A stretch of DNA of 48,860 nucleotides from Candidatus Geohabitans tengchongensis (GTDB lineage Bacteria; Sysuimicrobiota; Sysuimicrobiia; Sysuimicrobiales; Humicultoraceae): NCBI GenBank assembly GCA_031459625.1, contig JAVKIH010000003.1, positions 1 to 48,860 of the forward strand, read 5' to 3'. The position numbers and the translations under genes were made by a program. The notes beneath the pieces were generated by a model that made no database searches, had not been told where the DNA came from, and was given only the letters and a program-made list of their open reading frames with translations. Position 1 is the first letter of the stretch, and the number at the start of each line of letters is the position of its first letter. Below, one piece after another: positions 38,815 to 47,475 of the stretch.

Positions 38815-39105
38815 TCAGCGCTTGCGCCTGGTGGCTCCGACGGCCAGCTTCAGGTCCTTGCTCGCCCGGAACGCCACCTTGCGGCTCGCCGGGATCCTGA
38901 TGGCCTCACCGGTCTGGGGGTTGCGCCCCATGCGGGCGGGGCGGTCCCGGACCGCAAAAATGCCGAAGCCGGGGACGCTCACCCGCTCGCCCCGCTTGAG
39001 CGCGCGCGTGATCTCCTCGAAGACCACGTCGACCGCGCGCACGCCGTCCTTCTTGCTCAGCTCCAGCTCTTCCGCTACCGCGTTGGCCAGCTCCCGTTTG
39101 GTCAT
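38815..39105 (-). CDS. hup: HU family DNA-binding protein
   Basis: MTKREL, GFG.F, R.GRNPQTGE; ATG 39105 with GAGGAGG SD. Confidence 0.93.
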   Translation of the reverse strand: MTKRELANAVAEELELSKKDGVRAVDVVFEEITRALKRGERVSVPGFGIFAVRDRPARMGRNPQTGEAIRIPASRKVAFRASKDLKLAVGATRRKR

Positions 39106-39329
39106 CCGTCCCTCCTCTGCTCCAGGATTGGATTCCGAGGAAGACAATTACCACGCCGGCCGACGGCAATCATTCTCTCCCCCAAATCTCCTCGGCCGCG
39201 CCGGCACAGCTCCCGGCAGCGTGCCGGCCCGCCGGGCAGGGAGCCGGCACGCCAGGAGTGTCGCGGAGGCCCCCGAAACAGTGAGGGGGCGGCAGGCGCC
39301 GCGCCGACGCCCGCCCCGTCACGAGGACG

Positions 39330-40583
39330 ATGCGCGCCGAACTCATCTCCGTCGGGACCGAACTCCTGCTGGGCCAGATCACCGACACCAACGCCGCCTT
39401 CCTCGCCCGCGTCCTGGCCGAGCACGGCGTGGACCTCTACTTCAAGCAGACCGTCGGCGACAACCCCGCCCGCATCCAGCAGGCCGTGCGGCTGGCGCTG
39501 GAGCGGGCCGACCTGGTCGTCATGACCGGGGGGCTCGGCCCCACCGAGGACGACCTGACCGTCGCCGCGGTGGCGGACCTGCTGGGCCTGCCGCTGGTCG
39601 AGCGGCCCGAGGCCCGCGAGCACATCCGCACCTTCTTCGAGACGCGGCGCCGCCCCGCAGCCGCCTCGGTCTACAAGCAGGCGCTGCTCCCCCAGGGGGC
39701 CCGGCTCATCCCCAACCGCCGCGGTACCGCCCCCGGCGTGGCCATTACCCACGGGCAAGCCACCATCGTCATCCTGCCCGGGGTGCCGGCGGAGATGGAG
39801 GCCATGGTGGAGGACTTCCTCCTCCCCTGGCTGCGGGAGCGCACCGGCGGGGAGGTGATCCGCTCGCGCATCCTGCGCGTGACCGGCCTGGGGGAGTCGG
39901 CCGTGGAGGAACGCATCAAGGACCTCCTCGCCATGACCACCCCGACGGTCGCCCCCTACGCCAAGCTCGGCGAGGTCCACCTGCGGCTCACGGCCAAGGG
40001 CACGCCGGAGGCGGTGGCGGCAGCCCTGGACGAGGGGGAACGGCTCGTCCGCGCCCGCCTGGGCGACCTGGTCTACGGGGTGGATGAGGAGACGCTGGAG
40101 GGGGTAGTGGGCGAGCTCCTGCGCCGGCGCGCCCTCACGCTGGCGGTGGGAGAGTCGTGCACCGGCGGCCTCATCACCCACCGCCTCACCGACATCCCCG
40201 GGAGCTCTGCCTACCTGCGGCTCGGGGTGGTGGCCTACAGCAACGAGGCCAAAACGGCCCTGCTCGGGGTGCCACCCGAGCTGCTGGCCCGCTATGGGGC
40301 GGTGAGCCCGCAGGTGGCGGCCGCCATGGCCGCCGGCGCCCGCCGCGTGGGGGGCGCCGACCTGGGGCTGGGTGTCACCGGCATCGCCGGGCCGTCGGGC
40401 GGCACCCCGGAGAAGCCCGTGGGGCTGGTCTACCTGGCCCTCACCGACGGCGTCGAGGAGCGGGTGGAGGAGGTGCGCTTCGGCGCCGCCCCCGGGCGGC
40501 GGGCCGTCAAGGCGCTCACCAGCCAGGCCGCGCTCAACCTCCTCCGGCTCTACCTGCTGCGCGCCTCCCGCGTCCCCGGGTGA
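39330..40583 (+). CDS. cinA: Competence/damage-inducible protein A (MoCF-like domain + NMN deamidase)
   Basis: VGTELLLGQITDTN, GGLGPTEDD, LPGVP.EM, ESCTGG, YSNEAK, TGIAGP. Confidence 0.94.
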   Translation: MRAELISVGTELLLGQITDTNAAFLARVLAEHGVDLYFKQTVGDNPARIQQAVRLALERADLVVMTGGLGPTEDDLTVAAVADLLGLPLVERPEAREHIRTFFETRRRPAAASVYKQALLPQGARLIPNRRGTAPGVAITHGQATIVILPGVPAEMEAMVEDFLLPWLRERTGGEVIRSRILRVTGLGESAVEERIKDLLAMTTPTVAPYAKLGEVHLRLTAKGTPEAVAAALDEGERLVRARLGDLVYGVDEETLEGVVGELLRRRALTLAVGESCTGGLITHRLTDIPGSSAYLRLGVVAYSNEAKTALLGVPPELLARYGAVSPQVAAAMAAGARRVGGADLGLGVTGIAGPSGGTPEKPVGLVYLALTDGVEERVEEVRFGAAPGRRAVKALTSQAALNLLRLYLLRASRVPG

Positions 40584-40597
40584 GGACGCCTCCCCGG

Positions 40598-41299
40598 ATG
40601 GCAGCCCGTCACCGCATCTTCATCGCAGTACCGCTGGATCCCGCCCTGGCCGGTGCGGTGGTCGAGCTGGAGCGGCGCATCACCGCGGCCGGCGGTCCCG
40701 TCCGGTGGATCCGCGCGGAGCAGCTGCACTTCACGGTGCGCTTCCTGGGAGAGATCACGCCGGTGCAGGTGGCCCTGGTCCGGCGGGCCACGCGGACGGT
40801 GGCGGCGGCGGCCTCCCCCTTCCCGCTCACCCTCCAGGGCATCGGGGCGTTCCCGTCGCTGCACCGTCCCCAGGTGATCTGGGTGGGCGTGCGCGAGGGC
40901 GCGGAGGGGCTGGCCCGACTTTCGCGTGCCCTCGACGACGCGCTGGCCCCACACCACTTCCCCCGGGAGGATCGCCCCTACGTCGCCCACCTCACGCTGA
41001 CCCGCGTCCGGGATCGCCGGCAGTGGGGGGACGTGGTGCGGGCACTCAGTACCTTCCGGGAGACGCCGGTGGGGACCCAGGTCGCCGACCGCTTGGCGGT
41101 CATGGAGAGCCACCTGGGGCGGGGGGGCGCCCGCTATACCGTGGTCGAGGAGGTGCCCCTGGGCCACCTATTGAAGTCTTCCAGGGAGGAGGCACTAGAT
41201 GTGGTGGACCCGGGCAGTGGCGCCACCCCGAAAAACTCGGCGGGCCGGCCGATTAGGGTGAACGAAAGCCGAGACAGCCGCGGGGACGGCGTTCCTTGA
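40598..41299 (+). CDS. thpR: RNA 2',3'-cyclic phosphodiesterase (2H family)
   Basis: RIFIAV start; two HxT motifs (HFT, HLT); about 45-aa low-complexity tail running into the recA promoter. Confidence 0.88.
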   Translation: MAARHRIFIAVPLDPALAGAVVELERRITAAGGPVRWIRAEQLHFTVRFLGEITPVQVALVRRATRTVAAAASPFPLTLQGIGAFPSLHRPQVIWVGVREGAEGLARLSRALDDALAPHHFPREDRPYVAHLTLTRVRDRRQWGDVVRALSTFRETPVGTQVADRLAVMESHLGRGGARYTVVEEVPLGHLLKSSREEALDVVDPGSGATPKNSAGRPIRVNESRDSRGDGVP

Positions 41300-41324
41300 C
41301 ATGCGAACAGATGTTTGGTATGCA
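41296..41324 (+). promoter_or_regulatory. recA promoter with Gram-positive-type LexA (SOS/Cheo) box
   Basis: TTGACA (41296-41301), 17 bp spacer, TG-G-TATGCA; CGAAC-AGAT-GTTTG at 41304-41317 inside the spacer. Confidence 0.8.
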
Positions 41325-41392
41325 TGGCAGCACGAGGCCGTCTCCCCCATCTCGCCGCGGCCCCACGGCGCGGCCGGCAGGAGGCTAGCAGC

Positions 41393-42535
41393 ATGAACGA
41401 ACGCCAGCGCGCGCTGGAACTGGCCCTCACCCAGATCGAGAAGCAGTTCGGCAAGGGCTCGATCATGAAGCTCGGCGAGGCCACCGCCCGGCTCCAGGTA
41501 GAGGTCATCTCCACGGGGGCCCTGGCCCTGGACGTGGCGCTGGGGGTCGGCGGGGTGCCGCGGGGACGGGTGGTGGAGATCTACGGCCCCGAGTCCTCGG
41601 GCAAGACCACGCTGGGCTACCACATCATCGCCGAGGCGCAGCGGGAGGGCGGGGTGGCCGCCTTCATCGACGCCGAGCACGCGCTGGATCCCAACTACGC
41701 GCGGGCGGTCGGCGTGGACGTCGACAGCCTGCTCCTCTCCCAGCCGGACAGCGGCGAGCAGGCCCTGGAGATCGCCGAGATGCTGGTGCGCAGCGGCGCC
41801 GTGGACGTCATCGTCATCGACTCGGTGGCCGCCCTTGTGCCCCGCGCCGAGCTCGAGGGGGAGATGGGGGACGCGCACGTGGGGCTGCAGGCGCGCCTCA
41901 TGTCCCAGGCGCTGCGCAAGCTGGTCGGGGCCATCGCCAAGTCCCGCACCACCGTGATCTTCATCAACCAGATCCGGGAGAAGGTCGGGGTGCTCTTCGG
42001 CTCGCCCGAGACCACCACCGGCGGCCGCGCGCTCAAGTTCTACTCCTCCGTCCGCATGGAGATCCGCCGCACCGAGAACATCAAGAGCGGCGAGGAGGTC
42101 AAGGGGATGCGCGCCCGGGTCAAGGTGGTGAAGAACAAGGTCGCCCCGCCCTTCCGCGACGCCGAGGTGGACATCTTCTACGGCCAGGGGATCTCCCGCG
42201 CCGGAAGCGTGCTGGACGTGGCCCAGGCGGTGGGCGTGGTCACCCGCACCGGCACCTGGTTCGCCTACGGCGACCTGCGCCTGGGGCAGGGGCGCGACAA
42301 CGCCCGCGACTTCCTCGAGAACAACCCCGAGCTCATGCGGGAGATCGAGCAGCGGGTGCGGGAGAAGCTCGGTCTGACCCGCCGCCCTGCCGCAGGCGGC
42401 CCCGGGGAGGTCGCGGCGACCGGTGCGCCCCCCGTCCCTGCCGTCTCGCCCGCGCCTGTCGCCATCCCGTCCCGGGCGCGCGGAGCAGAGCCCGTAGCGC
42501 CAGCCAAGGAGGCTGCGGCCAAGGCGAGAGGCTGA
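41393..42535 (+). CDS. recA: Recombinase A
   Basis: [54 protein letters not shown]. Confidence 0.98.
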   Translation: MNERQRALELALTQIEKQFGKGSIMKLGEATARLQVEVISTGALALDVALGVGGVPRGRVVEIYGPESSGKTTLGYHIIAEAQREGGVAAFIDAEHALDPNYARAVGVDVDSLLLSQPDSGEQALEIAEMLVRSGAVDVIVIDSVAALVPRAELEGEMGDAHVGLQARLMSQALRKLVGAIAKSRTTVIFINQIREKVGVLFGSPETTTGGRALKFYSSVRMEIRRTENIKSGEEVKGMRARVKVVKNKVAPPFRDAEVDIFYGQGISRAGSVLDVAQAVGVVTRTGTWFAYGDLRLGQGRDNARDFLENNPELMREIEQRVREKLGLTRRPAAGGPGEVAATGAPPVPAVSPAPVAIPSRARGAEPVAPAKEAAAKARG

Positions 42536-42552
42536 CGAGAGGTCCGCGTCGG

Positions 42553-43215
42553 ATGAGGCAGGTGGTCCGCATCCGCCCCGCCGGGCGAGGCGGAGCCCGC
42601 CGCGCCGTTTGGCTGGACGATGGACGGCGGCTGGTGCTGGACGCGGACGACATCAGCCGTCTGGGGCTCGAGCCGGGGCAGGGGGTGGACGACCTGCTCC
42701 TGCGCCGGCTCGACCGGTTGGCGCAAGAGGCAGAGGCTCGGGCCGCCGCGTTGCGCCTGCTGAAGGTCCGCCTGCGCAGCCGGGCGGAGCTCGAGCACCG
42801 CCTGAGGCGCTGCGGGTTCGACCCGACCACGGTGGCGCGGGTCCTCGACCGGCTGGCGGCCGCCGGGTGGGTGGACGACCGACGCTTCGCCCGTGCCTGG
42901 GTGGAAGGGCGGCTGGCCCTCGGCCGCGCGGGTCCCCGGCGCCTCCGTGCCGAGCTGCGCGCCCGCGGGGTGCCGCCCGACCTGGTCGACGAGGCCCTCC
43001 GGGCCGCCTGGCAGCCGGAGGAGGAGCGGACCCGCGCGGAGGCCCTGGCGCGCCGCCACCTCGCCCGCACCCGGGCGCTGCCACCTGAGGTGCGGCTGCG
43101 GCGGGTGGCCGGGCTGCTGGCACGCCGCGGCTTCAGCCCGGAGGTGGTCGCCGACCTCCTGCGCCGGCTGGCGCGGGAGGTGGCACCGACCGTCACCGGA
43201 CGGGAGGTACCGTGA
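42553..43215 (+). CDS. recX: Regulatory protein RecX
   Basis: RS..EL..RL, DDRRFA..W, GPRRL..EL..RG, LARRGF; directly after recA. Confidence 0.88.
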   Translation: MRQVVRIRPAGRGGARRAVWLDDGRRLVLDADDISRLGLEPGQGVDDLLLRRLDRLAQEAEARAAALRLLKVRLRSRAELEHRLRRCGFDPTTVARVLDRLAAAGWVDDRRFARAWVEGRLALGRAGPRRLRAELRARGVPPDLVDEALRAAWQPEEERTRAEALARRHLARTRALPPEVRLRRVAGLLARRGFSPEVVADLLRRLAREVAPTVTGREVP

Positions 43216-46200
43216 CGCACCACTCGGCCCAGATCACGCTCGACCTGGACGCCCCGCTCCCCGTCCTGAGCGACGCGCCGCCGGCCGAGCGGGTGCTGGA
43301 GGGGCTCAACGAGGAGCAGCGCCGTGCCGTCACCCACGGCGAGGGGCCCCTCCTCATCGTCGCCGGGGCCGGCACCGGCAAGACCACGGTGATCACCCGG
43401 CGCATCGCCTGGCTGATCGCCGCCCGCCGCGCCCGCCCGGGCGAGATCCTGGCCGTGACCTTCACGGACAAGGCCGCCGGGGAGATGGAGGAGCGCGTCG
43501 ACCTGCTCGTCCCCTACGGCTACACCGACATCTGGATCTCCACCTTTCACGCCTTCGGCGACCGCGTGCTGCGCGAGCACGCGCTCGAGGCCGGGCTCCC
43601 GCCGGACTTCCGGGTCCTGTCGCGGGCGGAGCAGGTGATCTTCCTCAAGGAGCGCCTCTTCGAGCTGCCGCTGCGGCTGTACCGGCCGCTGGGGGACCCG
43701 ACGCGCTACGTGGAGGCGCTCATCACGCTCTTCAGCCGGGCCAAGGACGAGGACGTCTCCCCGGACGAGTACGCCGCCTACGCGGCCCGGGTGGCCGCCG
43801 ACGCCGCGGCCCGCCCCGAGGAGGCGGAGCTGGCCGACCTGGCCCGCCAGCAGGAGGAGCTGGCTGCCGCCTACCAGGCCTACCAGGCGATGCTGGCCCG
43901 CGCGGGGCTGGTGGACTTCGGCGACCTGATCACGTTGCCGCTGCGCCTCTTCCGGGAGCGTCCGGCGGTGCTGCGCCGCTACCAGGAGCGCTTCGCGTAC
44001 ATCCTGGTGGACGAGTTCCAGGATACCAACTACGCCCAGTTCCAGCTCGTCCGCCTGCTCGGTGCGGCCCGTCCCAATATCACCGTGGTGGGCGACGACG
44101 ACCAGGCCATCTTCAAGTTCCGCGGGGCCTCCATCAGCAACATCCTGGGGTTCACCCAGGCCTACCCGCAAGCCACCCAGGTCGTCCTCACGCGCAACTA
44201 CCGCTCCCGCCAGCCCATCCTCGACGCGGCCCACCGGCTGATCCGCCACAACGACCCGGACCGCCTGGAGGTGCGCAGCGGCATCGACAAGCGCCTGGTG
44301 GCGGTGCGCGACGAGGTGGAGGGCCCGGCGCCGACGGGGGTGGTGGAGCACCTGGTCTTCGACACCCTCAGCAGCGAGGCGGACGGCGTGGCCGCGCGCA
44401 TCGCCGCGGCGGTGGAGGCCGGCGGGCGCCGCTACCGCGACTTCGCCATCCTCGTGCGCAGCAACGGGGACGCCGACCCCTTCCTGCGCGCCCTCAACCT
44501 CAAGGGGATCCCTCACCGCTTCACCGGCAGCCGCGGGCTCTACAACCGCGAGGAGGTCCGCCTGGTCATCGCCTTCCTGCGCGTGCTGGCCAACCCCGCC
44601 GACAACCTCAGCCTCTACTACCTGGGGATCTCGCCGCTCTACCTGCTCGACCCCACCGACCTGGCCAAGGCGCTCGCCTACGCCAGCCGCAAGAACCGTA
44701 CCCTGGAGTTCGTCTACCGCCACCTCGACCAGTTCCCCGACCTGGCCGCCGAGACCGGGCCGGAGACGCGCGCCGCCATCGGCCGGCTGCTCGAGGACCT
44801 GGACGAGATGCGCCGTGCCATGAAGGACCTGCCCACCGGGCGCGTCCTCTACGAGTACCTGGTGGCGCGCACCGGCTACGTGCGCCGCCTGGCCACCTCG
44901 GGCGTCCCCGAGGACGAGGTGCGCGTGGCCAACCTGGCGCGCTTCTTCGACATCGTCGCCCGCTACGGCGAGGTGGCCGCCTACGACCGTGTCCCCGAGT
45001 TCGTGCGCCGCCTGGACGAGCTCATCGCCGCCGGCGACGACCCTCCCGTGGCCGAGGCCGATCCCGACGTCGATGCCGTGAACGTCCTCACCGTGCACAA
45101 GGCCAAGGGGCTGGAGTTCCCGGTGGTCTTCCTGGTCTCGTGCGTGGCCGACCGCTTCCCCACCCGCCACCGCGGGGAGGCGCTCCCGCTCCCCGACGCC
45201 CTCGTCAAGGACGTCCTGCCCACCGGCGACGCGCACCTGCAGGAGGAGCGGCGCCTGTTCTACGTGGGGATGACGCGGGCGCGGGACGAGCTGGTCCTGA
45301 CCAGCGCCCGCGACTACGGCGGGGCCCGGCCGCGCAAGGTGAGCCGCTTCGTGCTGGAGGCCCTCGACCGCCCCGCCGCCGACCCCCCGGGGAGCGTCTT
45401 CCGCGCCTCACCGGTGGAGACGATCCACCGCCACGCCCCGCCCACGGACGGGCAGCAGGCGCTGGCGGGCGTGCTGCCGCCCGACCAGCCGCTCGTCCTC
45501 TCCTTCCGCCAGGTGGACGACTACGAGACCTGCCCGCTGAAGTTCAAGTACACCCACATCCTGCGGGTGCCGCTGCTGCGCGACCACCGCGTCGTCTACG
45601 GCAGCGCGGTGCACGAGGCGGTGCGCGAGTACAACCGGCGCAAGGCCCGCGCGCAGGCGGTGACGCTGGAGGACCTGCTGCGCACCTTCGAGCGGGCCTG
45701 GGTGAACGAGGGGTTCATCAGCCGGGAGCACGAGGACCAGCGCCTGGAGGAGGGGCGCACGGTCCTGCGCCGCTTCTTCGAGTTCCAGGAGGCCCAGGGC
45801 AACCGGCCCACCTTCGTCGAGGCGCCCTTCTCCGTCCAGGTGGGGGCGACGCGCGTCAAGGGGCGGTGGGACCGGGTGGACCTGCGCAGCGGGGAGCCGG
45901 TGATCATCGACTTCAAGACCAGCGACGTGCGCCAGCCCAAGGAGGCGCACCGCCGCGCCCGGGAGAGCCGCCAGCTGGCCATCTACGCGCTGGCCTACCG
46001 GGAGGTCTACGGGACGCTGCCGGCCCGGCTTGAGCTGCACTTCCTCGGGCCGCAGGGGGTGCTCGTGGGGGAGGTCGTCCCCGACGAGGCGCTCGTGGCG
46101 GAGGCCCGGGCCGACATCGAGCACGCCGCCGCCGGGGTGCGGGCGGGGAACTTCATCGCCACGCCCGACTACTACCAGGCCTGCCGCTTCTGCGCCTTCA

Positions 46201-46250
46201 ACACCATCTGCCCCTACACCGCCACGGGCGATCCGCCCGCGGACGGCTGA
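43212..46250 (+). CDS. UvrD/PcrA-type SF1A helicase fused to C-terminal PD-(D/E)xK nuclease with four Cys
   Basis: LNEEQ, AGAGTGKT, DEFQD, GDDDQAI, NYRS, TVHKAKGLEF, EERRLFYVGMTRA; nuclease ETCP..DRVD..IDFKT..QLAIY..CRFC.....C. Confidence 0.92.
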   Translation: MTHHSAQITLDLDAPLPVLSDAPPAERVLEGLNEEQRRAVTHGEGPLLIVAGAGTGKTTVITRRIAWLIAARRARPGEILAVTFTDKAAGEMEERVDLLVPYGYTDIWISTFHAFGDRVLREHALEAGLPPDFRVLSRAEQVIFLKERLFELPLRLYRPLGDPTRYVEALITLFSRAKDEDVSPDEYAAYAARVAADAAARPEEAELADLARQQEELAAAYQAYQAMLARAGLVDFGDLITLPLRLFRERPAVLRRYQERFAYILVDEFQDTNYAQFQLVRLLGAARPNITVVGDDDQAIFKFRGASISNILGFTQAYPQATQVVLTRNYRSRQPILDAAHRLIRHNDPDRLEVRSGIDKRLVAVRDEVEGPAPTGVVEHLVFDTLSSEADGVAARIAAAVEAGGRRYRDFAILVRSNGDADPFLRALNLKGIPHRFTGSRGLYNREEVRLVIAFLRVLANPADNLSLYYLGISPLYLLDPTDLAKALAYASRKNRTLEFVYRHLDQFPDLAAETGPETRAAIGRLLEDLDEMRRAMKDLPTGRVLYEYLVARTGYVRRLATSGVPEDEVRVANLARFFDIVARYGEVAAYDRVPEFVRRLDELIAAGDDPPVAEADPDVDAVNVLTVHKAKGLEFPVVFLVSCVADRFPTRHRGEALPLPDALVKDVLPTGDAHLQEERRLFYVGMTRARDELVLTSARDYGGARPRKVSRFVLEALDRPAADPPGSVFRASPVETIHRHAPPTDGQQALAGVLPPDQPLVLSFRQVDDYETCPLKFKYTHILRVPLLRDHRVVYGSAVHEAVREYNRRKARAQAVTLEDLLRTFERAWVNEGFISREHEDQRLEEGRTVLRRFFEFQEAQGNRPTFVEAPFSVQVGATRVKGRWDRVDLRSGEPVIIDFKTSDVRQPKEAHRRARESRQLAIYALAYREVYGTLPARLELHFLGPQGVLVGEVVPDEALVAEARADIEHAAAGVRAGNFIATPDYYQACRFCAFNTICPYTATGDPPADG

Positions 46251-46276
46251 CGGGACGAGCCCGCTGGGCGCCGTCG

Positions 46277-47395
46277 ATGTCGGACCGACCCCTCACCCTG
46301 CTGCACACCGCCGACCTGCACCTGGGGATGGCCTTCCCCGGCCTGGGCGAGCGCGGAAGAGAACACCGGGAGCAGCTGCGCCGCACCTTCGCCCGCATCG
46401 TCGAGGTGGCCCTGGAGCGGCGTGTGGACCTCCTCGTGGTGGCGGGCGACCTCTTCCACTCGCCGCGGCAGGGGGAGGGGACGGTCGCCTTCGTCCGAGA
46501 CCAGTTCCGACAGCTGGGCGAGGGAGGCGTCCGCGTGGCGGTGGTGGCCGGGAACCACGACCCGCTGGTCGAGGAGAGCGTGTGGACCCGGGCCCGCTTC
46601 CAGGAGGCGCCGCACGTCCACCTCTTCGGGTTGGCGCCCGAGGCCGTGACCTACCCCGACCTCGACCTCACGCTGCTGGGGCAGTCGGTGGGGCCGGACG
46701 GCCCGGCAGGGCTGGCCGCCTGGCCGCGCCGTCCGACGACCACCCGCTTCGCCGTCGGCGTCGCGCACGGGAGCGCCTACCGCGAGGGGGTGGTGGAGGA
46801 GGGCCCGATCCACCCGGCGGACATCCGGGCGCTAGGCCTCGACTACCTGGCACTGGGAGACTGGCACTCCCCCTCCCAGGTCACCGGCCCGCCGACGCCC
46901 GCCTGGTATGCCGGGGCGCCGGAGTTCCTCGCCATGGACCAGGAAGGGGGGCAGGTCCTGCTCGTCACCATCTCCGCCCCCCGCGCGGCGATCGTCGAGC
47001 CTGTGCCGGTGGGCCGGCGGCGCTACCGGCGGCGGCAGGTGGACGTGACCGGACTCGACCCCGCTCAGGTGCAGACCGACCTGCTGGCCGAGGCCGATCC
47101 CGACACCGTCCTGGACGTCGTGCTCACCGGCCTGGCCCCCCCCGGGGCGGAGCCTGATCCGCGTGCGCTGGAGGACGCCCTGCAGGAGGTCTGCTTCCGC
47201 GCCCGGGTGCGCGATGCCCGACGCCCCCTCCTGGACGAGGCCATGCTCGAGGCCTTCCCCGAGCGCACGCTGGTGGGCCGATTTATCCGGGAGATGCGCC
47301 GCCGCGCCGATGCGGCACCGCAGGAGGAGCGGGAAGTGATCGAGGAAGCCCTCCAGCTCGGCGTAGCCCTCCTCCTCCATCCCGAGGATGTCTGA
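46277..47395 (+). CDS. Mre11/SbcD-like metallophosphoesterase DNA nuclease
   Basis: HTADLHLG, VAGDLF, AGNHD, AHG, LALGDWH, YAGAPE. Confidence 0.9.
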   Translation: MSDRPLTLLHTADLHLGMAFPGLGERGREHREQLRRTFARIVEVALERRVDLLVVAGDLFHSPRQGEGTVAFVRDQFRQLGEGGVRVAVVAGNHDPLVEESVWTRARFQEAPHVHLFGLAPEAVTYPDLDLTLLGQSVGPDGPAGLAAWPRRPTTTRFAVGVAHGSAYREGVVEEGPIHPADIRALGLDYLALGDWHSPSQVTGPPTPAWYAGAPEFLAMDQEGGQVLLVTISAPRAAIVEPVPVGRRRYRRRQVDVTGLDPAQVQTDLLAEADPDTVLDVVLTGLAPPGAEPDPRALEDALQEVCFRARVRDARRPLLDEAMLEAFPERTLVGRFIREMRRRADAAPQEEREVIEEALQLGVALLLHPEDV

Positions 47396-47418
47396 GCCGC
47401 CTCCGATCGAGGTGCGGA

Positions 47419-47475
47419 CTCGGATGCGGCGGCTGACCTCGGAGCGGCAACTGACCCTCGGATGCGGCTGCTGAC
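47419..47475 (+). repeat. Three tandem 18-19 bp imperfect direct repeats spanning the ATPase start
   Basis: CTCGGATGCGGCGGCTGAC / CTCGGA-GCGGCAACTGAC / CTCGGATGCGGCTGCTGAC. Confidence 0.75.

Noticed and set aside
41165..41299. ThpR C-terminal extension as an extra domain
   Set aside because: Low-complexity with atypical codon usage; more likely read-through into recA upstream DNA.
45500..46250. Cas4 call for the four-Cys nuclease domain
   Set aside because: It is fused to a UvrD helicase, and there is no cas1/cas2 or array in the window.
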